Shown: positions 42,818-58,616 of the stretch, one piece after another
How the letters are laid out: each line of letters starts with the position of its first letter
How positions within the stretch are numbered: position 1 is the stretch's first letter
The notes under the pieces: generated by a model
The model's database searches: none
The model's input: only the letters and a program-made list of their open reading frames with translations
What the model was told of the DNA's origin: nothing
Assembly (NCBI GenBank): GCA_964016885.1
Contig: OZ024742.1
Coordinates: 161,386,001 to 161,450,000, forward strand
DNA: 64,000 nt
Source: Eledone cirrhosa
Taxonomy: Eukaryota
Direction: 5' to 3'
Made by a program: the position numbers and the translations under genes

Positions 42818-43612
42818 ACATATACACACACACACATATATACACACACACATACACACGCGTACACTAACATACAAAGAGTCATACACACACACACACA
42901 CACACACTTCTCCGTATAAGACAAGAGCTGAAAAATATATTTTAACATGTTAAAATATCCCCCACACACGTACAGACACATTCATACTGACCGATCCCTC
43001 TACCTCGAATTACTCTGCTACACACACACACACATATTTGTCTTAATAAGCACCTGAACTGTTGACCTGTGAACATGAGTGAAATTCACACACACATCCC
43101 TACTGACCATTATCACAACAATGAACCTCTTTACTACACACACATACACACACATATTTGTCTTAAAAGACTTATTTTTCAGTGACTTCTCAATCAGGCG
43201 AAAAAAGACACTCTTCGACAAACCTACATTTGGCGCAAAATCAATTTTTAACATTCACGTGACCTCTACCGACCAATCAAAATTGTTTTGACCACAAGAA
43301 ATTTTGCAACACGAATTGGCGCGAAACTTATTTTAATACCTCTGGAGCCACTTTTTTCACATAAAACAGGTAAAATTTCCAAAACTGATCAGATTAGAGC
43401 AAACATCACGGGCGGTCTATCTCAAAATTATTTTTGAAAAGCATTAGAAATGCGCAACCGGTAAAAACTTAAAACCAAAACTGAATACTAACCAATACTT
43501 ATTTTTACTTATTCCTAATTAAACTATTTTTCACTGGGAACAATTTGTCAGCATTTTCTTTTCCTTTTACCAATATATCACAACTCGTGTGTTACACCTA
43601 TTCTTTTAAATA
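38351..43612 (+). mobile_element. Near full-length PLE (Penelope/Poseidon-like) with direct pseudo-LTRs
   Basis: ~38351-38700 is repeated at ~43300-43612; single interrupted ORF between; HHR-like motif in each repeat (38503-38538 and 43431-43466). Confidence 0.92.
38727..42300 (+). pseudogene. PLE polyprotein (RT + GIY-YIG), multiple stops and frameshifts
   Basis: MPTKQD start; KEADKG, PKVHK, LRPIIAG, TFDVVNLYSNIP, GTAMGTK, RYLDD, LPFLD; CDRPNCGIC linker; LIYVLTC..YIGQ. Confidence 0.9.
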
Positions 43613-43676
43613 TATATATAGATATAGATATATAGATATATATATTATATATATATTATATATATATATTTATATA

Positions 43677-43758
<82 letters not shown>

Positions 43759-43839
43759 GAAGCAGATTAGGTATGATATATCTTATTACTAATTATATCT
43801 AATTTTTCTTCTCTCTTCATAATGTACTATATAATATAT

Positions 43840-46800
43840 ATCTATCTATCTATCTAAGGCGGGTAAAATTCCCGAGATCCATGGACGAGTTCTCTCCAGC
43901 GGTCTCTGTCCCTCATTATCGCTGCCATGTCCTGCGTCTCCAACAGACCAGTGTCTGTCCTTAGGGCATCAACATACGTTAACCTTGGTCTTCCTCTTCT
44001 AGTGTATCCGTGTAGGGGCTCCCAAAGGAGCACTGAGTGCAATGTCAACTCTGGATGTCGGTGAGCATCTCCAGCTAACCTCAGTCTCATCTGTGTCACT
44101 TTTGAGCTGACTTTTGGGATGCTCCCATACAGCTCTGAGTTTTTCATCCTCAGTGTATACTGATTCATGTTCAGAGCCATCCTCAGCATTCTCGTGTAGC
44201 ACCCATCCACCATCTGAGTGAGTTTCTTGGTCAGTGTCCAAGTCTCAGACCCATACAGCAGCACAGACTCCACTACAGCAATGAAGAGGCGGATTTTCAG
44301 GTCTCTACGAAGGTCCGACTTCCACACCGATCTCAAGCTGTGGCACGCCGCCCAGGCCTTGCTCTTCCTCTCAACCACATCATCTTCCGTATTCCCAATC
44401 TTTGCTCCCAAATACAGGAAGTCCTCAACCAATTCCAGCGGCTTCCCGCCTACATTAGTGATCCCCTCTGGCTTCTCAACATTCTCTACCAGATATTTTG
44501 TTTTAGTCTCATTCATTCTCAGCCCCACACTCATCGACACAGTCTCAACCTCCCGCATCAAATCCTCTGCCTCCTTCACTGTATTTGTCACCAAAACTAT
44601 GTCGTCGGCAAATTCAGCATCCGATACCTTTTTCGCCCCAACTCTCCTGCTCTGAGCCGGTGCTACAGTAAAGCCAGAGTCCTGGTGTTTCTCCAGTGCA
44701 AGGCGCATACAATAGTCCACTACGATGATAAAAAGGTAGGGAGCCAATGTATCTCCCTGGAGCACTCCAGCCAGTATCTCAAAGAACTCTGTCATCCCAT
44801 CAGGTGTAATGACTTGGGCTTTGGTGTTGGTGTAGAGCAGTGATATCAGGTCCACTATCTTCTTGGGGATTCCATAAGCCTGTAAGATCTTCATCAGGCA
44901 GTAACGGTCCACAGAATCAAAGGCCTTCCTAAAGTCAATAAAAACCATGACCGCAGGAAAGCACTTTGCTCTAGCTCCCTCTAATATCCTCCTCAGCATC
45001 AGGATGTGACTGGTGGTTGATCTACCCTCTCTGAAGCCGTTCTGGTTGTCCCTGAGCTTCTTCTCCATCTCAGGCTGGATCCTGTTAAGAATCATCCTGT
45101 TGAGGGTCTTTGCCACAAGTGACGTCAGTGAGATCCCCCGGTAGTTGTTGGTGTTAGAGAGATCTCCCTTCTTTGGCACTGGGACGATGTTACTGATCCT
45201 CCACTGATTCGGGGCAACTCCTTTCTCCAGTGCCCCGTTACAGAACCCCAGGATGATATCAAAATCACACCTCTTCATCACCTCTGATGCCACTCCATCT
45301 TCTCCATGAGCCTTGCCCTCCTTGATCCTCTTCTTGGCTCTCTGAAGCTTCTCTCTGGTGAAGGGCTCTGTCTCAACATCCAGTTCCTCAAACAGCCGCC
45401 TGATCTCCCCAGTGCTCTAGGCTGTGGAGGGTGGCTCTCCTAGTAGGGTCCTAAAATGGTCTAGCCATTTCCTCTTCCTATCCTCGGGCCCCGTTCCCTG
45501 GATCTGACTCGAACACCTTCTCTTCCTCCCTGTGATCTCGTTGATGATCATCCAGCTCTCCTTACATCCAGATCTGTCAACCGCTCTCTCCACACTTCTG
45601 ATCTTCTCTATCAGTGCCTCCTCTCTGACCTCAGTGTAAGCGGTACAGAGTTCTTCCCTCATCACCTCCACAGTCTCCATCCTCTCCTCCGTAGGATCAG
45701 CATAGAATTGGTCCTTGGCAGCTTTCACAGTGTTCTCTGGCTGCACACACTTTTGGGTTTGCAGAGCTGACGTGCTTCTCTTTGTTCTTTTTCCTCGGCA
45801 CCAGGGTTTCACTTGCTTCCGCCACTGCATTGGTGAAGTGACCGTACCTCCTCGTCACACTCTCCTCAGTCCATCCAATCTCTCTCTCCTCTGACTCTCC
45901 ACACAGAGCACTAAACCTGTTTCTCACTTCCACTGTGAACCTCTCCTGTAGCTTATCATCTTCCTTGAAAGCTCCCCAGTCATAGATTGCTCTCCGGGGC
46001 CGAGCCTTGCTCTTTCTAAAGCTCACCCGGACCTCACTCATAACAAGCCGGTGGTCACTACCCAGTGTACTGAAATAGTTGTATTGTTCTGTGTTCAGAA
46101 CACTATTCCGCCACTTTTTCCTCACCAGAATCAAATCAATCTGGGACTTGGACAGGTGCATATCTGAGATGTAGGGCCACATCTTCCCCAGATTCTTCCT
46201 AAACCTTAGGTTGGTCGCCATCAAGTTCGCCTCCAGCAGGGTGTCTCTCAGTAGTCTTCCATTTCGGTTGGTGTTGTTATGGAAGTACCAGCAAGGATCT
46301 TCACTGCCCTCCTTACTCAGATGTGCATTGAAGTCCCCCAAAACAAGCAGGATATTGTGTGCCTGAGTGGTGTTGACAGCTCTACACACCTCCTCATGGA
46401 ACTCTTCCGCACTCACATCACTGTCCCCCTCGGTTGGACCATAGGCTGAGATGACTGTCAGTCTTGGGTTTCCATTGAAGGTCACCCTCAACACTCGCGG
46501 GGAGATAGGCATTATTTCCCTCACCAACAGATTGGTTTTTGCACTGAACACAAAACCCACTCCTCCTACTGCAGCATTTGTTGTGTTCTTCACTGCCGAT
46601 GTAGTGATGAGCTGGCTCCTCTTCCCGATCATCACACTCCTCACGGGCTCATCGTGTAGGATCCTGTGTTCTTGGATCGCAAGTATCTGTATACCACTCT
46701 CCTCGAACAGATGTCCCAACTCCTCTCTCTTCTCCAGCGTCCGAATAGTCCTCACATTCAAAGTGCCCATTTTGATGGCTCTTCTGCAGGATAAAACTGC

Positions 46801-46880
46801 ATTTTTTATATTTGTCTCAGAGACAGCTGATCCATCATCCACTGGCCCTCTCTGTGGCTCTAAGTCAGCAGAGTCATAAC
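43840..46880 (-). mobile_element. RTE-clade LINE, nearly intact coding region, 5' end truncated
   Basis: EN 45697-46842 (GTLNVRT, IQEH, GDFNAH, IDLIL, SDHRLV); linker; RT 43854-45293; (TAGA)n tail. Confidence 0.93.
43854..45293 (-). CDS. RTE reverse transcriptase domain (479-aa open segment)
   Basis: PKKGD..NYRGISL, QNGFR, DFRKAFDSV, GVLQGDTLAP, FADD, FLYLG, LLYGSETW, GRPRLTY. Confidence 0.85.
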   Translation of the reverse strand: MASEVMKRCDFDIILGFCNGALEKGVAPNQWRISNIVPVPKKGDLSNTNNYRGISLTSLVAKTLNRMILNRIQPEMEKKLRDNQNGFREGRSTTSHILMLRRILEGARAKCFPAVMVFIDFRKAFDSVDRYCLMKILQAYGIPKKIVDLISLLYTNTKAQVITPDGMTEFFEILAGVLQGDTLAPYLFIIVVDYCMRLALEKHQDSGFTVAPAQSRRVGAKKVSDAEFADDIVLVTNTVKEAEDLMREVETVSMSVGLRMNETKTKYLVENVEKPEGITNVGGKPLELVEDFLYLGAKIGNTEDDVVERKSKAWAACHSLRSVWKSDLRRDLKIRLFIAVVESVLLYGSETWTLTKKLTQMVDGCYTRMLRMALNMNQYTLRMKNSELYGSIPKVSSKVTQMRLRLAGDAHRHPELTLHSVLLWEPLHGYTRRGRPRLTYVDALRTDTGLLETQDMAAIMRDRDRWRELVHGSREFYPP

Positions 46881-49209
<2,329 letters not shown>

Positions 49210-49223
49210 TATATATATATAAT

Positions 49224-49328
<105 letters not shown>

Positions 49329-49411
49329 GGAGGTGATTTTTATTGTAGTACAATAAAGCAATGCAGATATCGGATAAGGAGCACTCTACAGTTTGTAGGA
49401 CTGGAGTATAC

Positions 49412-49944
49412 ATAATATATAAGAACATAAGATGGTTAAAAGAGTTCCATGTATTTTATTATGCGCATTTCAAAAACAAACCTTAACTTTACATTATTTT
49501 TCTCTTCGTTAATTTTCAAATTCTTTTAATTTATACATTATCTTCCAACGGTTTTTCAACCTCTCTATGTAAAACAATATATTTTTCTCAGTTATAAAAG
49601 CTATCTCTCTTTCTCTATCACCCATCTCTCCTCCTATCTCATCCTTCCTCATTATACTCCTCCCTCTCCACTTTTTACTCTCATCTCCTCCTCTTTTTCA
49701 TCCTTTCCAACGCCCCCCCCCCCTCAAAATAAAATATTTTTCCCAATATCACACATCAATCTAAAACTACTTTTCATATGTTGATTTAAAACTGCACTAT
49801 CCACAAGTGTTTTTTAACCTTCATATCATGTCTTCCTATTTTATCTGTTGAAAACACAAATGTTATTGCATGATGATATTTGTTTTTGAAATGCGCATAA
49901 TAAAATACATGGAACTCTTTTAACCATCTTCTGTTCTTATATAT

Positions 49945-49948
<4 letters not shown>
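49412..49948 (+). mobile_element. Family H6 mini-element with ~69-bp inverted ends; HHR at 49837-49907 with core CTGTTGA
   Basis: 49412-49480 is the inverse of 49879-49948; body is the inverse of 57557-57990. Confidence 0.72.
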
Positions 49949-49975
<27 letters not shown>

Positions 49976-50108
49976 TGTTATACTTGGGGAGGGTCATATT
50001 TGTGTATATAATATATATATCATATATATTATATATATATTATATATATATTATATATATATATTATATATATTATATATATTAGATTTATATATTATAT
50101 ATATATAT

Positions 50109-50142
<34 letters not shown>

Positions 50143-50899
50143 ATATATAATATATTTATATATATATATAATATATATATATATATAATATATATATATA
50201 TAATATATATATATAATATATATATATATATTATATATATATATATTATATATACAATATTAAACAGAGAGAAAGAAAGAGAGAAAAAAGAAAAGAAAGA
50301 CAGAAAACGAAGAAAAAGAAGAAAAAAGAAGAAATGCATGGAACAAAATAGAGAGATGGAAAGATAGATAAAGAGAAGAACTTCATGTAAAGAAACAGAG
50401 AGAGAAATATATATATATATAGAGAGAGAGGAAATAGAGATAGATACATATATATAGAAAACTAGGTAGTGGGACGTCAGTTGAGTAAACGTATCAATGA
50501 TACATTTATTTATTTATTTATTTATTTAGCTCTAGTATCAATGTAAGGGAGATATATGCGGTTAGGATAGAAACCAGCTGTTATATAGAGAGAAAAATTA
50601 AAAATAACCAGACATAGGCGAGGCATAAAAAAACCCTATGTTTTAATGTAGAGGTAATATATTATATATATATATTATATATATATATTATATATATATA
50701 TAATATATATATATAATATATATATATATATTATATATATATATATTATATATATATATTATATATATATATTATATATATATATATTATATATATATAT
50801 TATATATATATATATTATATATATATATTATATATATATATATCATATATATATATTATATATATATATATATATTATATATATATATATATAATATAT

Positions 50900-50999
<100 letters not shown>

Positions 51000-51039
51000 T
51001 ATATATATATATTATATATATATTATATACATATATATA

Positions 51040-51110
<71 letters not shown>

Positions 51111-51270
51111 TATATATTATATATATATATGATATATATTATATATATATATCATATATATTATATATATATATTATATATATATATTATATATATATAT
51201 ATATATATTATGTATATATATATTAATATTATTTATATATATATATATATGTTATATATATATATATAAA

Positions 51271-51462
51271 GGTTGGTGGATTGGCAGTATCGGTAGAGGC
51301 GTCGGACGCCATTCTTTGACGCATAGAGTTACGGCCCTTGCCATTCTGAGTTCAAATCCCGCCGAGATTAACTTTGACTTTCAACCATACGTGTTCGATA
51401 AAATAAAATACCAGTAATGTACTGGGTAATTACTGGCCTTGTGCCAAAAAGTAGAAACAATT
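51271..51462 (+). mobile_element. SINE family S1, diverged copy
   Basis: gagttcaaatcccgccgag...tggccttgtgccaaaaagtagaaacaatt. Confidence 0.82.
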
Positions 51463-51656
51463 ATATATATATTATAGATATATATATATATATTATATAT
51501 ATATATATATATTATATATATATATTATATATATATGTATTATATATATATATATTATATATATATATATTATATTATATATATATATTATATTATACAT
51601 ATATATTATATATATATATATATATATTATATTATATATATATATATATATAATAT

Positions 51657-51692
<36 letters not shown>

Positions 51693-51693
<1 letters not shown>

Positions 51694-51746
51694 GATGATT
51701 TCTAAAGAATGAAACAATTCTAGTCCTGTAGAATCTCATCTATATT
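51693..51746 (+). mobile_element. Family H1 HHR cassette truncated inside the core, within (TA)n
   Basis: tgatgatttctaaagaatgaaacaattctagtcctgtagaatctcatctatatt. Confidence 0.7.
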
Positions 51747-52114
51747 ATATATATTATATATATATTATATTATATATATATATTATATATATATATATAT
51801 ATTATATATATATATATATTATATATATATATTATATATATATATATTATATATACATATATATATTATATATATATATTATATTATATATATATATTTA
51901 TTATATTATATATATATATTATATATATATATATTATATATATATATATATACTTTCTTGCCTTATGGTCCATAAAGGTGCTCGATAATAGTGCCGGCAG
52001 TATTAAATATTCGAAGTGCTAATATTTAGTGGGGTAGAGAGTTAGCAGAGCGTAAGCACGTGGGAAAGTAAAAAATCGGAGAATAGACCGTTAAAACATG
52101 TTTATTTAAAATAT

Positions 52115-52153
52115 CACCTACGTACGTTTCGCCCAGTTGGGCTTCTCAAGGGC
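52115..52153 (-). ncRNA. Minimal HHR, U3-A8 variant (family H11)
   Basis: TTGAGAA-gccc/gggc-GAAA-cgtacg-TA-gg; short stem I. Confidence 0.6.
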
Positions 52154-55100
52154 ATAAATAATCACAAGTGTTCCTTATATAGTTCGGAAAGAGTTTTGGG
52201 GGTTAAATCTACATCAAGATTCATTGCTCGCAAAAATATCTTGTTTTGATTTTGCAGCAGGTCAAGGGAGGTAACTCTGGCCGGTGTTAGGGCAGTCTTT
52301 CCCGGATAATTTTTTTTTTCTTTTCGCCGCATCCGTTTGTCTGCGGCTGGGTCTGGTATGCAAGGACTGTTTTCTGGGTGTCATTTTGCTGCGCCTGCCC
52401 GCCGGGGTGTTAAGACTTGTTGCAGGGAGATCCAGTGTACTATTTCACTCTTAATTCTTAACCCATCTAAAGAAGGATATTTTTTAGCGATGTGTACAAC
52501 TTATCGCTGTTTCAGCTCTGCTGTTGATGAGCTCGTGGGGTGCAGTTATGATGTGGTAGAGCTCCATGAGGCAAAGATCGCATTTCCTCTTGAAGTTGTA
52601 CGGTGCAGCCCTGCCGACAATCTCCCAGTGCGTGGAGAAGCTGATGTTTAAGTCCGAAGATGTTGGTTGGAAGATGTTGGTTGGAAGGCGTTGGTAGTAG
52701 GCCGTCGCCTTTGTTGGTTTTGTAATAGGGAATAGTTTGAGTAATCTACAATGTTCACCGTCGCCGGGGACGTGATCTTTGGTGCGGTTATCTATTCTAT
52801 TATATCCGACTTCAACGAGGTCGCCTTGTGATCGGTTATAGGTATGGCTTACTATAACGTTAGTTTTATGAGGGGGGTGGTTTCTAGAGCTAGCGTTAGG
52901 GATGTAGGAAATTCCTCGGTTAAAGCCGGCGCTTGTCAGGGCCCTATTGTAGTAATCAGCCGCTTGGTTGAAGATATCCTCATTGGCGGATAGCCTCGAG
53001 ATTCTATGTGAGATACTAGTTGAGAGTCTGCTTAGGGTGGTTGGAGGCATAATTAATATAAGAGAGGCACTCTCCAGGCTTATGGTATGGCTTGTATAAG
53101 CCCGTACTCAACTCCAGGGTCACGTCCAGGAAGTTGACAACCCTGTGGTTGAGGTCCATAGTTACGGATAGGCCGTATGACTTAAAGAACCTGTGTATAT
53201 GTTTGTTAAGGTTCTCTATCCTACGGGGGCTATGGTTTCTAACGGTAAACAGGGCGTCGTCCCTATATACACCTCCTTGTAGGGCCGGTATTTCTTCCCT
53301 AAGCTTATGTAGGAGGTATATCCCGACCAGGTCAGTTGCTTGCGCTGAGTCACTGGACCCCATCGTGGCATCGAAGTTATCAGGACGGTTGGTTCTGGTC
53401 CAGTGGGAGCCTTCGAACTGGATAATAGTTCTACGTGCCGCTAGAATTATGTCTATTTCTTTTTTAGTGAGGCTAGTGTTAGATCTAGCTAAGATAAGTG
53501 CCTTATTTAAGAGTATGGGGGAGATAGAGGCGTAGTAGCTATCTATATCAAACTGGATGAATTTCAGGGTGGCTTTATCCGGCAACTCGGTGAACCAATT
53601 TATGACCTGGTCGGTGTTGCCCCAGAGGCAGACCTTAGCCTTTCTATTAAGCTCGAGTAGTACTCTGTCGAGGATCACTTTACTAGTCTTACCTATATCT
53701 GATGTAGAGGGGCATATTAGTCTAATAGAGGGGCTTTCATTAAAGTCATATTTGTGATCCTTAAGAGAGAATTTAGGCGACAGAGGGACGTACGGGTTAG
53801 TGTACTTTTCTATTTCTAAGCTGGTGACTATATCCTTCCCTACTCTATTTATGTCATTTAGGGTACTAGAGGGTGTCTTTTTGTAGTCTTTGTGTAGTTC
53901 CTTATAGATGAATTTTTTATACTCACTCGCGTCCATCTTGTACAGCTTTTTGGTTTCATCCAGTTTGATATAGATAGCTACTACGCCTCTATCTCCCCCA
54001 TACTCTTAAATAAGGCCCTTATCTTAGATAGATCTAACACTAGCCTCACTAAAAAAGAAATAGACATAATTCTAGCGGCACGTAGAACCATTATCCAGTT
54101 CGAAGGCTCCTACTGGACCAGAACCAACCGTCCTGATAACTTCGATGTCACGATGGGGTCCAGTGACTCAGCGCAAGCAACTGACCTGGTCGGGATATAC
54201 CTCCTACATAAGCTTAGGGAAGAAATACCGGCCCTACAAGGAGGTGTATATAGGGACGACGCCCTGTTTACCGTTAGAAACCATAGCCCCCGTAGGATAG
54301 AGAACCTTAACAAACATATACACAGGTTCTTTAAGTCATACGGCCTATCCGTAACTATGGACCTCAACCACAGGGTTGTCAACTTCCTGGACGTGACCCT
54401 GGAGTTGAGTACGGGCTTATACAAGCCATACCATAAGCCTGGAGAGTGCCTCTCTTATATTAATTATGCCTCCAACCACCCTAAGCAGACTCTCAACTCC
54501 ATAGTCTATAGTATCTCACATAGAATCTCGAGGCTATCCGCCAATGAGGATATCTTCAACCAAGCGGTTGATTACTACATTAGGGCCCTGATAAGCGCCG
54601 GCTTTAACCGAGGAATTTCCTACATCCCTAACGCTAGCTCTAGAAACCACCCCCCTCATAAAACTAACGTTATAGTAAGCCATACCTATAACCGATCACA
54701 CGGCGACCTCGGATATAATAGAATAGATAACCGCACCAAAGATCACGTCCCCGGCGACGGTGAACATTGTAGATTACTCAAACTATTCCCCTATTACAAA
54801 ACCAACAAAGGCGACGGCCTACTACCAACGCCTTCCAACCAACATCTTCGTGTACATAAACATGGAAGAGGTAGAAAGAGTGCACCCGAGCATAAAGTGA
54901 AAGGGGCACCGAACGGGCGACTGCGCATTAACACACATAAGAGCGGTCACTTAGATGGAACCACCCGTAGAAAAAGTGCAAGGACACGTAATCGCCACCG
55001 TAACGTCACATGGTTCCACTCCCCTACTCTCGGAGTGTGGCCTCCAACATACCCCGGATGTTCTTCGAAGACTTAGAGAAGAACTTCCCGCCCAACCATA

Positions 55101-56212
55101 GGTATAGAAAAATTCTTAATAGGAACAATATAAAAATATCCTTCTCTACTACTCCTAACCTAGCAGACATCATAGGAACAACGAACCACAGTAAGATCAC
55201 CAAGACACAGCACCTCGACACAGACGCACCTACACCTGACAATAACTATATCGGCCTTAACAACTCCCTGGCAGCATCCAATAGTGTTGGCAACGGCATC
55301 CGCAGACGCAACCAGAATGACCGCGAAATGACTGGGGAACATGCAGAACATGACGTGCGGAATAACAATCGCACCACCCCGCGTGCTGTGGGTTGTAATT
55401 GTGCTAACGACAGCTGCGGTAGCGTAGGTAACAACGTAGGCTGCAACAATGATAGCCTTACCTTGGGAAATAGACGGAACCGCGACAGAAATTGCAACTG
55501 CCGCGACAGAGGACGCTGCCCCCTTAGAGGATACTGCTTGACTGATAGGGTTATATATAGATGCACTATTACTAGCCACAATAGCGTTAAACATTATATA
55601 GGGGCCACCTCCGGCCCGTTCAAAATTAGGTTTCGAACACATCTCCACTCTTTCACAAATAGAAAACTAAGGCACTCCACTTCGCTCGCGGACTACATCA
55701 CATCACTAAAGGACTTAAACATCAGCTTCTCCACGCACTGGGAGATTGTCGGCAGGGCTGCACCGTACAACTTCAAGAGGAAATGCGATCTTTGCCTCAT
55801 GGAGCTCTACCACATCATAACTGCACCCCACGAGCTCATCAACAGCAGAGCTGAAACAGCGATAAGTTGTACACATCGCTTAAAAATATCCTTCTTTAGA
55901 TGGGTTAAGAATGAAGAGTGAAATAGTACACTGGATCTCCCTGCAACAAGTCTTAACACCCCGGTGGGCAGGCTCAGCAAAATGACACCCAGAAAACAAT
56001 CCTTGCATACCAGACCCAGCCTCAGACAAACGGATGCGGCGGAAAAAAAAAAAAAATTATCCGGGAAAGACTGCCCTAACACCGGCCAGAGTTACCTCCC
56101 TTGACCTGCTGCAAAATCAAAACAAGATATTTTTGCGAGCAATGAATCTTGATGTAGATTTAACCCCCAAAACTCTTTCCGAACTATATAAGGAACACTT
56201 GTGATTATTTAT

Positions 56213-56251
56213 GCCCTTGAGAAGCCCAACTGGGCGAAACGTACGTAGGTG
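56213..56251 (+). ncRNA. Minimal HHR, U3-A8 variant (family H11, inverted copy)
   Basis: Same sequence as 52115-52153; palindromic stem III ACGTACGT. Confidence 0.6.
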
Positions 56252-56284
56252 ATATTTTAAATAAACATGTTTTAACGGTCTATT

Positions 56285-57556
56285 ATATGGTATATAACTG
56301 TCTTGGAAGCAGAGGAAACCTTTTTCAAAGAGATGTTATATTTAATATTTTTGTCTTTCAAGGACCATATGAGTTCTGAGAGAGCCGTGTTGGTTCTTTT
56401 AAGTTTATATTTAAAAGACGAATGATGATTATAAAGACGACCTTTAAAGGAGGTGGAAGTGGAGCCAAAATAGGTGAAGCAATTGGTGTCAGTTATAACT
56501 TTACATTCGTAAATTAAGTTTTTATCAAGACAATGGTTGTTGAGAGGACATTTATTTTTAGCAGGGCAATTGCAATTGCGATTAGAGAGATTATTAACGA
56601 GTGACCTAGTGTTATCTATAGAAGGAATTGGATTGGAGAAGTTATTTGCGATAGGAATAATAGTTTCTTGATTTAGAATGGGATTAAGAACATTTAGCGA
56701 AGTTGTGTTTGACGTTGTATTTGGGTTTGCAGAAATTAGCTTAGGGTTTACAATGACGTCGGGAGTACTATTACTATTATTATGATATTCAGTGTTGGAA
56801 GGAAGAGATTTACTAATTAGTATTTTATTGTTGTGTTTAGAGATAATGTTGGAAATGTTGGAGGATGTCGAATAGGAAAATTTTATAGTGTGTTTGTTAA
56901 ATATTTTACTATAGATATGTGAGGGAGGGAAGCATTTATTCAAGGCACTAAAGAATAATTTAGGAATATTATTATTAATAGAGATGAAGAAAGGAGCATT
57001 ATACCAGATTATGTTTTTGTATCTAGGTCTTTTATTAAAGTTATTGGAATGATCATGATTAATTATTCTACTGTAAGATCTAGAATGTGTTTCTTTATTA
57101 TATTTGATTTTATCAGGATAGCCGGCTTTAGAATGCGCGTTATTATAGTAATTGGCGTTAGCATCGAAGATGTTTTTATTAGAAGATAGGTTAGATATTC
57201 TTTTTCCAATATTACTAACTATAGCATTCTTAATATTAGTAGGGTGGTTAGATTTAAAATTAACATAATTTAGGTTCTCATTGTTTTTATGGTAAGGGTA
57301 ATATAGGCCAGTGTCAAGATTAAGAGATACATCCAAGAAATTAGCTAGTTTGATGCTGTTATCAAATTCAATTTTTAGGTTATGTTGGTTAAAGAGATTA
57401 CGTATATTGTTCTTAATAATATTAAGGTTAACTATGTTGCAATTTAAGATAGTAAAGAGTCCATCGTCACGATAAATTCCACCGCGAAGTTGAGGAATTT
57501 TCCGACTCAAAGAGTTCAAAATAAAGATACCAATTAAACCTGTCAATTGGGATGAA
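56285..57556 (-). pseudogene. AT-rich Naiad-like PLE fragment (RT C-terminus and GIY-YIG), truncated at both ends
   Basis: 424-aa ORF: GIYRDDGL, NFLDVSL, SNHP, WYNAPF, CNCPAKNKCPLNNHC, LIY..YFGST..FKGR. Confidence 0.88.
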
Positions 57557-58280
57557 TGAGTTCCATGTATTTTATTATGCGCATTTCAAAAACAAATATC
57601 ATCATGCAATAACATTTGTGTTTTCATCAGATAAAATAGGAGGACATGATATGAAGGTTAAAAACACTTGTAGATAGTGCAGTTTTAAATCAACATATGA
57701 AAAGTAGTTTTAGATTGATGTGTGATATTGGGGAAAATAATATTTTTTGAGGGGGGTGTGGAAAGGATGAAAAATAGGAGGAGATGAGAGTAAAAAGTGG
57801 AGGGGGAGGAGTATAATGAGGAAGGATGAGATAGGAGGAGAGATGGGTGATAGAGAGAGAGAGATAGCTTTTATAACTGAGAAAAATATATTGTTTTACA
57901 TAGAGAGGTTGAAAAACCGTTGGAAGATAATGTATAAATTAAAAGAATTTGAAAATTCACGAGGAGAAAAATAATGTAAAGTTAAGGTTTGTATATTGAA
58001 GGGTTTAATAATATGTGCGATGAAAAGAAATTGTTAATATGTATTAAGAATAATATTTAAGGGTTTAATAATATGTGCGATGGAAAGAAAATGTTAATAT
58101 GTATAAAGAATAATATTTAAGGGTTTAATAATATGTGCGATGGAAAGAAAATGTTGATATGTATTATTAAAAAAACAGAAGTAATGTAAGTAAGGATATA
58201 TTAGTTTCTATCCTAACTGTTATGGTTGTGTCGGTGTTTTTGCATTTAACTAGGTGTTTCTTAAATGAGGAAGCGTTAGT
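57557..58280 (-). mobile_element. PLE terminal repeat (family H6) with intact HHR at 57568-57638
   Basis: tattttat-CTGATGA...GAAA-tgcgca-TA-ataaaata; 60-bp tandem repeat at ~57998-58165. Confidence 0.78.
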
Positions 58281-58378
58281 ATATACTATATATATATTAT
58301 ATATATATGTATATTACATATTTATATATATTATATATATATATATGTAATATATATACATATATATATATAATATAT

Positions 58379-58470
<92 letters not shown>

Positions 58471-58482
58471 TATATATAATAT

Positions 58483-58525
<43 letters not shown>

Positions 58526-58616
58526 TATAAATATATATTATATATATATATATATAATATATATATATATGATATATATATATATATATATAATATATAT
58601 ATATATAATATATATT

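Larger units (their letters stand above)
51953..56284. mobile_element. Naiad-like PLE as a large inverted duplication (minus copy 51953-53960, plus copy 53955-56284)
   Basis: ORFs 53016-53936 (-), 54153-55076 and 55010-55921 (+): QFDIDSYYASI, MGSSD, YRDD, NFLDVTL, CNCRDRGRCPLRGYC, YIGAT, CDLC; near-identical arms. Confidence 0.92.
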
